64,000 bases of DNA from Klebsormidium nitens (Eukaryota > Plantae > Klebsormidiophyceae). The stretch's first letter is position 1; each line of letters opens with the position of its first letter. Under the pieces are notes generated by a model. It was not told where the DNA came from. It was given only the letters and a program-made list of their open reading frames with translations, and ran no database searches. The translations under genes and the position numbers were made by a program. Below are positions 33,342 through 46,378 of this stretch, one piece after another. The stretch spans positions 1-64,000 of the forward strand of contig DF236967.1 in NCBI GenBank assembly GCA_000708835.1. The letters are read 5' to 3'.

Positions 33342-36300
33342 ATGGCGCAACGTCTGAGCTCAAAGCTGGCGCAGAAGCTGCTGAAAGGAAGCTCCATCGG
33401 CAAGCAAGCCGGGTCCAAATCAGTGCAGAATGGGAACCTCGAGTCTGCGCTGTCAAAAAGCAATCTGAAACCACCTGATGCGGTGGTGGCAAAGGGTGTA
33501 GAAGCGGGCAAAGCAGGCAGGTGGCACAGTGTTGAGCCAGTCGATGGTTTCGAATCACAGGTCACATCAAGGGGGTTGTTTGGTCGAGACACGTTTCCTT
33601 CAATTGCATCAACGTCAGGCAGAGGTTTTGCCTCGAGTGCGTGGCCTGAACTCCCATCACCGCAATCTATGGCCCCGAAGTATATCAAAAAGGGGCTGAC
33701 GTGGGTAAGGATCTGAGCTTCCCTTCTTGTTGCAGCATTGCCTATCAATGAGGTGGTAATCAAGAGTCAAGACCCCAGTTTTGGAGTCTCTTTGTGGCTG
33801 TCCTGATAAAGCAATCTGACCGTCAGCTAGCGACTGTGAAGATTCCGAGTTTGCATGAGCTCTTCTGGCGAGCATGCGATTTCGCACGGCACAGCATTGC
33901 AGATCAAATTGACATGGATGCACCCTGAGGTTGATGATCTGACGGTTGCTTGCCTCGCTCAATCAGTCGCAGTTGCGAAAGGTCTCGAGCCATGGGCATG
34001 GACTCCGTTCTTTGCCGGTGCCACTCAATCTTCACCAATGAATGGCGATCTTGTGCAATCACCAGATTCCTTGTCAACTGGAAAATGGCTCTGGTCCTGC
34101 AATATTGCTCGTGTAATGCTTTCTGCAATGCATCCAATCCAGAGTCTCAGCCAACTGGTTTATTTGCAGAGAAGAGCAATTGCTGCTGCCACCATCTCAA
34201 GCTTGCTAGGGACCATGGTTTATGCATCAACTAGGGACGAAGCCACTCTCAGGTACATGATCGCTCATCCTAGACAACAAGCTTTTCACTTCAACAGCCT
34301 AGCTGCACTGATGATGATGCCCAAAACAGAGATCGATCCCAGTATATTTGTGAAGTGTCCACCGTCAGCTACACGGTCTCTTCCCGGTCTCCAACAAACT
34401 GCTGGCTCCTCGCCTTACCAGGTCTAATGTCAATTGTTTTCTACAGTCGGCTAACCATTGGTTATTACGCCTCAATTTTGGAGCTTTCCCCACCCCTGTA
34501 TGAGGATAGGGTGTTTTTAGAAAAGCACATCAAGCGTTCCCGCTGTCCGGAAAGCAAAATAAATGTTTGTTGTCCTCTTGCTTACCCAGAACTCAAATAG
34601 ACACTCTGATCCATACTCTCTCATGCATTTGCACTTTATGACCACAGACAGGTCTTACCCCCCGAATTGATTTAAATGTTCGAGTTTATACACCACTTGT
34701 TTGCCGTCTACCGGCCCTTTACCAACAGTCAAGGATCTTGCTGCTGCTTTCGAGTCCAAATTTCGTGTTGTGTGGTTTTTCCCCCCCTCGTCAGCAATCC
34801 CTCGAAGGACATACCAGGTCGTCATCAGGGACTCCTCACTGCTCAACCACCTATTCAATAGACACATTTGATAATCCCATCTGCAGCTCATGGCTCTTTG
34901 AAGGGGCCGACTTCTTCTCTCCCTTCTTCCGCCTCCTCGACCCCGAAACCGCGCACCGCCTCGCTGTCCTCTCCGCCTCCTGGGGCCTCCTCCCGCGGGA
35001 GAAGCGGCCAGATCCCCCCGAGCTGGCCATCACAGTCTGGGGGCGGCGGTTCACTAACCCGATTGGGTTAGCGGCAGGGTTTGACAAGGACGCCGAGGCT
35101 GTGGAGAACCTGATACTAGTCGGGTTTGGGCACGTGGAGGTTGGGTCGGTCACGCCGCTGCCGCAGCCAGGGAACCCGAAGCCGCGCGTGTTTAGAATAC
35201 CCGAGGAGCAGTGAGTGGCCGCACTTCACTTTTGAATGGTTGGGTTTTGTCCGAAATGGCTGAAGAATCAGGGCTTTACCTGTTGCCATCGATTGTCTCT
35301 TGCTGTAGTCTGTTTGACAGCCAGGCATTGAAAGCCTGACTCGCCAATGATTCGTATCTTTTCTCGCAACAGCCTTATGTTCGCACGGTGGCCTGCTACA
35401 TAGATGCTCGAGCTTAGATCGTTCCATGCGAAGTCTCCTTCGAGGGTATTTTTGGTGAGAGTTTTAGGATTTTGAGGATCAGCCCAAATTTGACCTCGAG
35501 GAATTCGTTCTGTGTGTGATGGCTAACTCCGCTGTTGTTTCCGTCCTTCGTGGCCTTGATTGAGAAGCGTCCCAAGTTCTATCATGGATAAGGCCCCGGA
35601 ACGTGAGCAGAAGTCAATCTTGGTACTCATCCCAGCTTCGTGCATGTTTCTTCTGCAGGGCGGTGATTAACCGGTACGGCTTCAACAGCGAGGGCATCGT
35701 GGCGGTCGCGCAGCGCCTGGGCGCGCGGCATGGTCGGCAAAAGCTACAGGGCTCGGGGGGGGACCCCAAGGAACTCGAAGGAACGCACTTTGACTCAAAA
35801 ACGCAAAAAGGGGTGCTCGGTGTGAACCTGGGCAAGAACAAGGACAGCCCCGACGCGGGAGCTGACTACGTGCAAGGGGTGCACACGCTGAGCCAGTACG
35901 CGGACTATCTGGTGATCAACATCTCGTCGCCGAACACGCCGGGGCTGCGCAAGTTGCAGGGGCGCAAGCAGTTGCAGGAGCTCATCCGCAGGGTGAGGAA
36001 GATCGTCGAGTACTGAGTACTGACTGCTTGCTGAGAGAGCTTTAGGAGGTGTTCTTTAGAGCTTGGGATCCGGCAAGCGCTTGCAGGCGTTCGTGAGGAT
36101 CGTCAGAGCACAGCATGTTTTTCAGAACGTGATCTTCAGTGTTTGAACTGAAAGGCAGTCCGATTGGGGGCTAGCCCGTCGGCTCGAGCGAATGTTTCTG
36201 GTGCTTCCCTTCTGGGGGCTTGTCTTGGGGCGAAGTTTTTAGCTCATGCAAGCCAATTCGGCAGACTTGTGATCTAATTGCGGATTGTGACAGTGCTTTT

Positions 36301-37683
36301 GATGACTAAGTTTCTTGAAGCGGATTCTCCCATTGTTCCTGAAACAAGATAAAGTAAAGGAATGTTTTTTTCGCTGTCCATAGCTTAACTGATAAGCAGC
36401 CTAAATAAGGTCATAAACTAGACAACAAGCGGACAGTCAGCTCCGCGAGGGTCAAGTAAGAGGACAACTTCGACACAGAATGCCCGCCGCAAACTTTAGA
36501 ATCGTGTTCCCTGCACTTAAAAAAAATGATCCTCTCATTATGGCACCCATCTTCTGCACTCCCAACGCTATCTTTTCTCGGTTCCCTCGCTCCCGTTTGT
36601 GTCCTACGCATTTCCATTAAAACCTGTCTTGTGTAAGGTGCTCTATCTCAACCACAGCCCTCCTTTCCCCAGGTCCTGGCTGCGCGAGACGAGATGCAGT
36701 GGGGCGAGGACGGACCCCCCCCGCTCCTAGTTAAGATCGCCCCCGACCTGGCGCGCGCCGACCTGGAAGACATCGCCGCCGTCGCGCTCGCGGTGCACCT
36801 GGACGGGCTCATCATTTCCAACACCACCATCAGCCGCCCCGAGTCGATCCAAGGGCACGCCAACGGCAACGAGACGGGGGGCCTCAGCGGCCCCCCCCTG
36901 CTGGAGATGTCGACGGACGTGCAGGCGCAGATGTACAAGCTGACCAAGGGGAAGGTCCCGCTGGTCGGGTGCGGGGGGGTGAGCAGCGGGCGCGACGCGT
37001 ACAAGAAGATCCGCGCGGGGGCGTCGCTCGTGCAGCTGTACACTGCGCTGGTGTACAAGGGGCCGAAGCTGCTGCCGGATATGAAGGTGGGGACGGGGAC
37101 TCCGTTGCCGGTGTGCTTGGGAAGTTGGTTGGAGAGCAGATGTGGTTCTGTGTCCCGCAATTCCGCAGATCTGAAACTTTATCAAGAGTCAAACCCACGA
37201 GCTGATTGCATCGAAGCACCGAAGGTTGTTCTCTGTGCTCTGGCTGGTCATCCTGCTCGAGGCTGCGGATGTGGGTGTTGTAGTCTCGGGCGCCATTTAT
37301 GCATGAACTATCAGTGCAGTTGACATTCAAGAAAGGGGTTAGCACGTTTGGTGCGGCGCTTGCCATTTCCAGATCCGTCCGTGACTGTGCTTGACAGTTG
37401 TCAGAATAGAAACGGGTGGACCGTGGTCTTTGCTGACGGTGACTGTATTGCAAAGCTTGAGACCGGTGATTCCACAATTTTTTCATCGTGGGTGTGTTGT
37501 GCCAAGGGGTGACAGGTGTTTTCGAAAACCCACATCGTGCATTCGGCTCTCGCCCCTCCAACGAAGACCAAACCTCGAGCTCATTAATGTAATCTTTGGT
37601 TGTTGCAGAAGGAGCTGGTGGAATGCTTGAAGGCTGACGGGTTCAAGAGCATCGAGGAAGCGGTTGGCGCGGATTTCCGGTAG
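33342..37683 (+). CDS. PYRD: Dihydroorotate dehydrogenase (quinone), class 2, mitochondrial, 6 exons
   Basis: LDPETAH; [11 protein letters not shown]; [18 protein letters not shown]; NRYGFNS; [11 protein letters not shown]; LVKIAPD; NTT; GGLSG; GCGGV; ASLVQLYT; ends VGADFR*. Confidence 0.96.
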
Positions 37684-38155
37684 CACTGGCAAGGATCAGA
37701 ACCCGTGACAAGCTCGTGTCCTACTTTATGAGAACTCTTCCTACGAGGTCCCTTACACTTGAAGCCTGCATTTCCTTTTCAGCATGATCGTCAAAGGTCC
37801 GCCAGATGACGTATTGCCTTGCCCATTCCTAGCATGGGCATCCAGGGAGCAACGCTTCCGCTTGCAGCGAGTGACTTGCGACGAAGTTGAAGGGGCCCAC
37901 TACGCTTGCCCGAAGATATGCAGCGTGCAAGTACTCCATTCTACCTTGTTGTGGATATCTGCAATGATGCGTCAGCACATGCGGAAATGCTCCGATTGCA
38001 GGTTCATACATAGCATGAATGGTTGATAGTCGCGATCGATGGGTGCATACACGGCGCATCATCGGACGAGGGTCAAGGGCAAAATATCTCTCAGTTGCAT
38101 GTGATCGGCACGGCCGGTCCATTCATCACGGCGCAGCTGGCCGCACCGGTCATAT

Positions 38156-38199
38156 ATATAGCATGGCTGGCCCAAACCATTTGGCCAGCCATGCTATAT
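38156..38199. repeat. Near-perfect hairpin (17-bp perfect stem)
   Basis: ATATAGCATGGCTGGCC-caaaccattt-GGCCAGCCATGCTATAT. Confidence 0.9.
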
Positions 38200-38508
38200 G
38201 AATATCGACAAAAAGCTTAACATATGTATGATGTACCGTGCTAAAGCACGATGCGCATGCAATGCTTATAAAGGCACGATATCTGACGTTTAAAACGTGC
38301 CTATATTGCCGATGCCATTATTATATGCATACATGTCGACATGGAGTGCATCAAACATCCGATCTGGGTGCCAGCGCGGGCTCTTCTAGCTGCCACTGTT
38401 GCTCTCGTTGTGGCATGACGTTCTGATAATCATATATACTTCATCATATGATTTGACACGCCACATCCAATTAAGGATGTTAGCAGACATTGCACCCACG
38501 CTTAATCG

Positions 38509-41500
38509 TTACCTTTCCTTTTTTGCAAAAAAGTTGCTCAATTTCAGCTGCGTCCTTGTGTCGGGTTTTTGAGGCTTTCCAGTTCTGTTCCGACCGCGCT
38601 TTTTTCCTACCAAGGTCTTACTCGGAAACCCCGAAAGAGCTTTTGAACCACCAGGACTTTCAGTCTCAGACGCTCGACGTCTACTCCGCGCCGGCAGTCC
38701 CTTTCCGTCTTGAGCGCTAACTGGGTCTACCCCTCCTCCATTCAAAGTTCCAGCGGATTCTGAATCTACAGTCCCTAACCCGCCTGTCCGCTCGAAAACA
38801 TGGACAACATCGCCGTCGCCGGTAGCCAATTGTGAGCTTTCTCTATGCATGCCCCCATTCACGTTTCCGGCAGGCGTCTCCTGTAGCGGAGCACCTGACG
38901 GCATTGCACAGGTTCCTTCTTCTTCTCGAAGTCCAACCGCGTGCTCAGGCTCGACCCCACTTTCGGGAATCTCTTTTCCGCTTGCTTCAATTTCCTCAAC
39001 CGGGCCCCCCTCCCCCACCGTCTTCTCTAAAGCTTTTGCGCGCCCACTCTTCAGATGTTCCAACTCTTCTCCGTCATCTTTTTTCAACGGCGATCCCCGC
39101 CCCTTCTTCGACGGCGGCTCCGCCTCCTCTGTACGCGAGTACTTCTCTCCCCCCCGGACCCCCACTTTCCGTTTCGAAAAGAGCGCCGTCAGTTTGCTTT
39201 GCCCCCGGTCTTCTTGGAACTGCCTGATCCTTTTCGACGACAAAGCAACAGGGGGGTGCGGAGGCGGGGGCGGCTGGTCTTTGAGCGTCAAACTAACCGC
39301 GGTGTGGTCGCTCCACTTGTCGGGAGTGTCCAGGATCTCGGCGCCCACCAGCTGCCCTTTAAAGCCCTTGTCACAGACTGTGAAGTCGATCCTGGCAAGG
39401 GACAAAGCAGGGGGAAACTTCTGCGTGAGTTTCTCGAAAAAGCCTACTGTTTCCTGGACGCATCAGGATCCTCAAAAATGATTCCAGCGAAGATCATTCA
39501 AGGCCTATTTTACTTCTTCCCTTGTGTCTCGAGCTACATCGCATCAGAGGCAATTGATCCATCACGCAAATGACTCATTAATCGAAGTCAAGTAAACCCT
39601 TCTGCCAACCCCTTCCGACCCGACTGTACCTGTCCGGAGATAATGGTGGACAACTTTTACGCGTGGAAACGAGTCAGGGAGGGCTACGACGAGCCAGAGT
39701 GTGCCACGTGTCCGCACCTGGCGCCCTCGTTGAAGAGCCGCGCCGACTTCTTCTGGTTCCAGCACGTGAAGCCGTCCGAAACGTCCGGGTGGAGGTGCCG
39801 CCAGGCGTCCACATATTCGGACAGGAACGAGTCGGTCCAGGCCAGCTCCTCTGAGCGTCGGGAAGATGTAGTGAGCCTTTCAAATGATGGTCGGTGGGAG
39901 TGCGGTTACGAGTCACACAACGACCGGAAAGGCGAATGCTGAGGGCCGAGTTAAAACGAGAGCTAGCCTCTTGAACGGGCCTCTACTCCAAACCTTCTCT
40001 GCCATTAGAGAGCAAGCTGGCTCTCAAACGGACCTTGAGACCTTCGAAAGGAAGTAAACGTCAGCATCCAGTAATGTTGCTAGAAGCATCAAATGCGTTT
40101 CGCTTTTGCAGGCGGGACGAAACTGGTTTCAAAGACGGGGTATCCAAAACCTCGTAATCTACTCCAGAAGCCCTGTATCCTATGCCAGAAGAGGGGACCA
40201 GCCGTACCTGGGGCGTACACCTTGTGCAAGCCGAAGCAGGAGTGGATGTCGGCCGTCGTGTGGGAGACGTTCAGATCGCCCACCACGATGACGTGGCGCC
40301 CGCTGGCCACAAGCTCGTCGCCTGCACTTCAAACACAGTCCACAGACTTGAGAGTTTGTGATTGTGGTCTCCGGTGTGCCTGCGATGTGCAATTGGTTTG
40401 GCGGCAGACATTACAATGTCGCAAGTTGCGGATAGTTGTGGGAAAGACGTTGTATCTGGATAACCATGCTTTCAGGCAGAGCGTGTCAAGCGCGCCGAAA
40501 TGCATGGTCAAGTTTAACTAACTGCATCATCGAGCCCCATGGATTGAACAAAGTGAGATGGATATGGTCTCGAATTCATGCGTGTCCTTATTACGTGATC
40601 AGGACCCAGTACGAAAGTGAGAGGAAACTCACACTTGGCCCGCAGCGCATTCAGGAACTTCATCTTAAAGTCCAGTCGTGGCCTCAGGGGCTTCTCTCCC
40701 GCGTTGGGAACGTAGATATTGAAGAGCACGAACGCCCCATGGTCTGTCATCATCACCCGCCCCTCCTGGGTGATGTCATCCTCGCCTCCGCCCCCTCCCC
40801 CGGGCAGGCAGTCTGCGGCGGCGTCTAATGGCGAGAAGCCCTCTTTTACATAGGTCACGACACCTGAGGAGAAAAGCTATCAAGCTGAGCTCCAGGTTTG
40901 CTGTTTGCAAAAGACCGTATCATGAGATTCACTAGTGCTGGCTTCTGGCCCATCATTTAACTCATGAGGCTTTGTAAGGGTCTAGGCAGATCGAACTCCA
41001 TGACTGGCGGTGCCACCACTTCCAGAATCAGCACCTCCTGTGAATGAAGCAACCTTGAGAAACATGATGCCCTAAGAGACCGCCAGCACCGTCCCCATAT
41101 CTGCGTTCAACACAAAGTCCAAATCAGTTCTCTACAGGTGAACCATCAAACCTCAAATAGTCAAATGAGATTGGATTGACGCTCACCGCTGTAGCCCTTT
41201 TTGTTCTGGCTAAACGCCCAGAAGGACTCGTACCCTGGTACGCACGCCAGCCACTTTTCCAGCCTGTCTTCACGCACCTTGGCTTCCTGCAACTCATTGA
41301 ACAACAACCTCAATAAGCCATAGCACTGCGAAGATCTGTTAGAGTCCTTCCTTCCATTCTTCCCTTCTTTCGTTTTTGAGCTTGCCTAACTGAGCCCCAG
41401 AATGACTACGCGCTTGGCTAAGGATCTGTCTTGCTCGGTGACTGTTTCCCCCTTTATTGCTTTCCATAGCATTGGGGGCCTTTGATTGGTTGGGGCCGTA

Positions 41501-41855
41501 CACAATGTTGAGAGCCCCCCAACTCACACCTTCAAAAATAGTTGAGACTCCTCTGCCTGGGGCGAAGCTGCAAAGACTGTGCTACATACCACCAGTTCGC
41601 TGACTTAGCAGGATGGCCACGAAAACACAGACGCAATCATGGCCCACTTCCTCCCCACGCTGTGCTCAAGCTGTCCAGGCATGGCTAGCTGCTCAACAAG
41701 CTAAAGGTCGAGGGACAGAGAGAATTCTGTACCTGGAAACACACGATATCCGCCTTGAGGACTTGCGCAAAATAGTTTTCAACAGAGCCGTGGTGGTAGC
41801 TTGCCTCCTTTAGCGTGGTGGGCAGCCCGTTCACATTCCACGACACAATATGCAT
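38509..41855 (-). CDS. ExoIII/APE2-like AP endonuclease/exonuclease, 6 exons, with C-terminal PCNA-interacting (PIP) box
   Basis: SWNVNG; DIVCFQE; KGYSGV; EGR; NIYVPN; VGDLN; DAWR..HP; FTCW; RIDF; SDH; C-terminus QLKLSNFF. Confidence 0.92.
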
Positions 41856-44584
41856 CGCCCCACCGCCACGCGCCTGGCAAGAAAGGGGATACCTAGTGCT
41901 TGTTCGTCGCAGAGATCGCTGCTTGCTTCAAGGAGACAAATGAAGGGGCGCCGCAGCAGGGTGGTTCCGGGGTGGTTCCTAGAAATGACCTTTCATCCCT
42001 GTAGCAACAGGGGGGATGCAGCACCGATTGATAGCTCCGTCTCCTGAGTCCTACACCCTACCTTCCACATGCATGCAGCTCAGGAGTAAGCACTGGCAGG
42101 ATGCACGCAGCACCGCCAGGAAACTTTCTCAAACGCGCACACTGCCACTGACAGCGGCCAGCCTGATGACAGTGATGTCAAATTTCAGGGTTGCTCATAA
42201 ACCAGCCATTTATGTTCAAGGGTTATCTCACGGTTTGAGCAAACTTCTCGTCTGCCGGTTCTGGGACCGAACAGCATCATGCACCCGTACCATTTCGTTG
42301 TCCAGCAGCTTATAAATTAGCAGCGACTCCAGCTACCTACAGTCTGCCGGACGGTCTACCGTATCGGTTACGGGTCAAGGTAGGGGTTGGCTTCTTCAAC
42401 CATGTACAACCGGTTACCGTACCCAAGTTCCAACCGAAGCCCTTGAATTCATGACAGTTCGTTGCAGCTGCAGCGAGACGAGACTTTCAGAATCATACAC
42501 TTCTTGAATTCTCTCGCCCCAATTTTCTTGATATACTCTTCGGACCTGAAGGGCGCATCTAGGGCGCCCTAACTTTTGGTAGCTGATAACGGTCTCGTGC
42601 ACCGCGTTTGGGGGTCGGCCATGGTGGCCAGGGGAGTGGCAGCCTGGCAACAGGCTGATGGGTGTGTGGCAATGGTTGGGAGAGCGGATTGCAGGATGAT
42701 GGAGGTGGCGGGGACTATCGCTCTTAGAGACAGCCTCTCGGGCTCAGTCCATTGCAGGGGACTCAGCCGGTTGATTCCGCCTCAATGCACACTGACAGAC
42801 TTTGCGCAGCCGCAGACAACCCTCATAGGCTCCGGGTCACATTCGGTGGATATCCGCTCATCTACTGGCGTGAGAGGATACATTGCAGAGAGGCGAGGTC
42901 ATTCTGGCAGGGGATTCGTAAATGGTGGAGTCCATGGCATCTTTTATGCAGCGGGCATCCATGCCATCGGGGACAGTGCAGAAGAGCATGGTGAGCATGC
43001 GGCACGACATGTGGGAATCGAGGACGAGAGGCGCAACATCAAGCGGTGGACATCATCAGCAACGACTGCCGTGGAAGGCACCTTCATGCAGGGCGGTGGC
43101 GGACCACGTTTACCAGCAGGAGGGCCAGCTCGTGCTTCACAAGACCGGGACCCTCTAGTATATGACTTTGCGCAGCCGCCTACACCCCGTTACAGGCTCC
43201 GGGTCTTCAGTGCTAGTGTCAGAGTACCGGTTTACGTGGGGTTAGTTAGCGGGTCCGGTAACGCGTTCTACTACAGTTCTTGAGGGGGGTAGTCGAAGCT
43301 AGTGTGGGTTAGAGGTAGTATGAGATGTTTCGATTCTTAATGATTGCTTGCATGCAGGACTATTGTGACCATGTCACAACCCATGTAACACTTGCGTTCG
43401 CTTTGCGAACCATTGTAATCGAGGTCGTATGTGTGTGTGTACAGCACGCATCAGGATCATTGGCAATGGATGTCCTCTCTGTTTACCAACGAGCGCCAAG
43501 CTTTCCGCCAATCAGGGGGCCCGGGGCTAGTGTATGATGCTCAAGCCTGCGGTTCCAATACCCGTTGCAATGGAGCATAAGCACTGAGTTTGTTCAGTGG
43601 TTGAAAGTTGCAAAAAAGTTGGAAGCTGTTCAATGTGCGCAACAGAATGAATCTTGATGGCCTGAGGGGGACAGGTAACCAAGTCGGACTTCTGCGCACA
43701 CTACGAGAGCACCATCCATCGAGTTTCTCAAGGTGACTGAGTGGTAAGCTTGAGAAAGAACCTGCATTTTGCTTTCATTGTAAGATTGCTAAATCATTTC
43801 ATACCCCTGTCGTTGTGAAGAATGACAATAATCTGGCTCTTTTGAAACTCAAGTCTGCGCATACCTGTGGCAAAGTTCATTTGTACTCTTCAAACAAGGA
43901 CAAAATGGTGGCGCTTGATCTTGCACCAGATTCGGGAGGCGCCACATTTGGTACTGACCAAGTAGCTTATGCTAGGACAGTGCCAGTTCCGGATGATCCA
44001 GTTTTGATGTTCACCGCAATCATGAGAAGGGCACACGTCTGAGTTGCATCTTTTAAGAGCAGAGATAGTGAATGATAACAGTGAGCACAAACACATGGTT
44101 ATTTTGGCAATGCACTTCCAGGAACACAAACCTGTGAATTCAGACGCTGCAGCCATCATAGCTAAACAGGAGTGAATCCATGATTTAATGTCTTAGTCAT
44201 GCCTGTCACATTCAAAAGACTCATTCGTCGAAGGTACTTTTTATTCAATTACTTTCTGCGCTTTTTTGGACAAGTCCTCATGGTCAGGACTTCTGATGCT
44301 GCAAAGAAAGATTGTCTTAGCTACATTACCTGGTGGTCACGTCAGGCAGAAAAAGGGGGCGCATTCGACGAGCTTGAAACAGGCACTTTTGCAATATTTG
44401 GGCATGGCAGGGCTCCTCTCACCACAGCTCGCTTACAATGCATCAGCTCATCTTCCAAGCATTCCCACTGTGCAGATCAGCAAAGTACTGCTCAAACTGA
44501 ACAAGCTCAAGTCTGCAGGAGTAAGAGTGTCCTTGCTCACACACCCTGTGTTCTCTGCAGTCTGAGCGCCTGAGGTCAGCAGCC

Positions 44585-45811
44585 ATGAGGAGGCGCCCCG
44601 ACTCCACCATGCACCCCTTGGCCAGGCTCCCGCCCCTCCGCCTCGCGCTTCTGCTCTTCTTCGCCTTCCTCGCCTGCACCCTCACAGTATTCCTCTCCGT
44701 TCGCAACCAGACGTACACAGCGTTCCGCTGGAGGGCGGCCGCCACACGCGCCATGCACCACCACGATAGAGCATTAGTTACCAGCACGCACTTCCTTAAC
44801 TCCCTTAGTGATGATCAGCTGCAGCAGTGGAAGCCAGCGCACCAACCAGCCGTGACCATGGTCGTTCTGACCTGCCACCGGGCAGTCCCGTACATCAACG
44901 TTCTGGTGGCGTCGCTGCTACAAGGGCAGAGCGCAGAGGAGCTAGCGGACGGGTTCAGGGTGCGCCTTTTGAATGTGGAGCGGGACCCGGTTCTCCGGGA
45001 CTCTCACGAGGCGCGCCTGCTGCGAAGAATACCCCTCCTGCAGTATCAGGATGCGGCGGCAAATAGGATAGAGACTAACGAGACATGGGTCGCGAGGGGG
45101 GTGAAGGATTATATGACGGCGCTGAGGGCTTGTCAGGTGGGGGTCCCGACCCCCTGGTGCATCATAATAGAGGAGGATGCCCTTCTGACAAGCGACTTCG
45201 TTTGGAAGTTCAAAGAGGGCGTCGTTGGCGTTCTGGGGGACGGCGCCAAAACCACGGCCTTTGTAAAGCTGTGGACTACAGACTGGTGGGACGGTTTCGA
45301 AAACGAGGACTGGCCAAAGTTGGCGCTGGTGGTTGTCGCTTCGGCGGGACTGCTGACGGCGGTAGTAGATTGCCTTTGCTGCACAGAACGGCGACGAGGG
45401 AGCCACGCTCTGCCGCTTACACTCTGCTTTGCGTTCTTCGTGATCACCATTGCAGTCAACCTTTGGATAGTCAATGCACAGTTGTTGAGCCAGATCGGAG
45501 AGCAGCCAGGTAACCTGCAGCTTAGACCGTTAGGGCAACACCATGCTTCGGGGACTGTGGCAATCGCCTATCCCCTTCACGCAGTTCCAACAATCCTAGA
45601 GTTTGTAGAGTCGACCTTTAGAGCAGGCAGTCCTGATCCTATTGATGTGATCATTGGCAAGCTTTTTGTCGAGGAGCATCCAGAGTTGTGCGCTTTGGAA
45701 ATAGCACCTTCTCTTGTCCAACACATAGGTGTGTACTCTAGCGGGGGCATCGAGAAGAACGCTGGAGATTTTCTTTGGCTTAAGCAAGACTCGAGATTTG
45801 TTGATCGATAA
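44585..45811 (+). CDS. Intronless PGAP4/TMEM246-like GT-A glycosyltransferase with one N-terminal and two internal transmembrane segments
   Basis: N-terminal TM; DYMTALRAC; IIIEEDA; FVKLW followed by two hydrophobic segments; PSLVQHIGVYSS. This topology is characteristic of PGAP4 as I recall it. Confidence 0.72.
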   Translation: MRRRPDSTMHPLARLPPLRLALLLFFAFLACTLTVFLSVRNQTYTAFRWRAAATRAMHHHDRALVTSTHFLNSLSDDQLQQWKPAHQPAVTMVVLTCHRAVPYINVLVASLLQGQSAEELADGFRVRLLNVERDPVLRDSHEARLLRRIPLLQYQDAAANRIETNETWVARGVKDYMTALRACQVGVPTPWCIIIEEDALLTSDFVWKFKEGVVGVLGDGAKTTAFVKLWTTDWWDGFENEDWPKLALVVVASAGLLTAVVDCLCCTERRRGSHALPLTLCFAFFVITIAVNLWIVNAQLLSQIGEQPGNLQLRPLGQHHASGTVAIAYPLHAVPTILEFVESTFRAGSPDPIDVIIGKLFVEEHPELCALEIAPSLVQHIGVYSSGGIEKNAGDFLWLKQDSRFVDR

Positions 45812-46378
45812 ACGGACCAGAATAAACTCAGTGAATTGGGCCAAGTTTCTTCTGCAGTAACATGCTTTCTTAGTACTTCAAAGCATGTGATGCTCATCTC
45901 TTCCATCACGTGCAAATCGATAGCATCAACAGGATGATCATAGTATGCCTTCCACGATACCGAGGTGTTAGAGTATGTTGAAGTTGTAACTTGTTCATTT
46001 TAAAGATCGTTCGATCGTGGCTTAGCCTGAGTCGCATTCATGATTTCGTGTTCCCAGATCGATGGCAATTGGGTCATGCAAGCCCAATCCAAGGCTCCAG
46101 CTTGCAATCTCGCATGATCCGAGCTCCTGGCATATGGAACCCAATGTTGCTAGCGCACATTGTAGGCTGCGGCGCTGCAGTAATTTCCCCGCGCGCGCCG
46201 CGCGCCTTTCGAGTTCTTCTGTTCCGTTCAGATGTAAGCGGAAGCGGAACTACCGGAGTCTCTCGAGTTTGAAGTTCTTGATCAGTCTAGCTAGCAAATG
46301 CACCTCATCTTCAAGTTCTGCAATGCATGTGAAATGCAGAACCTAGTGCATCTTCGTTTGTAAAGGTGTGGTGGCGCC

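Noticed and set aside
43815-44573. Short ORFs upstream of the PGAP4-like gene
   Set aside because: No recognisable motifs, and I could not build a consistent exon chain.
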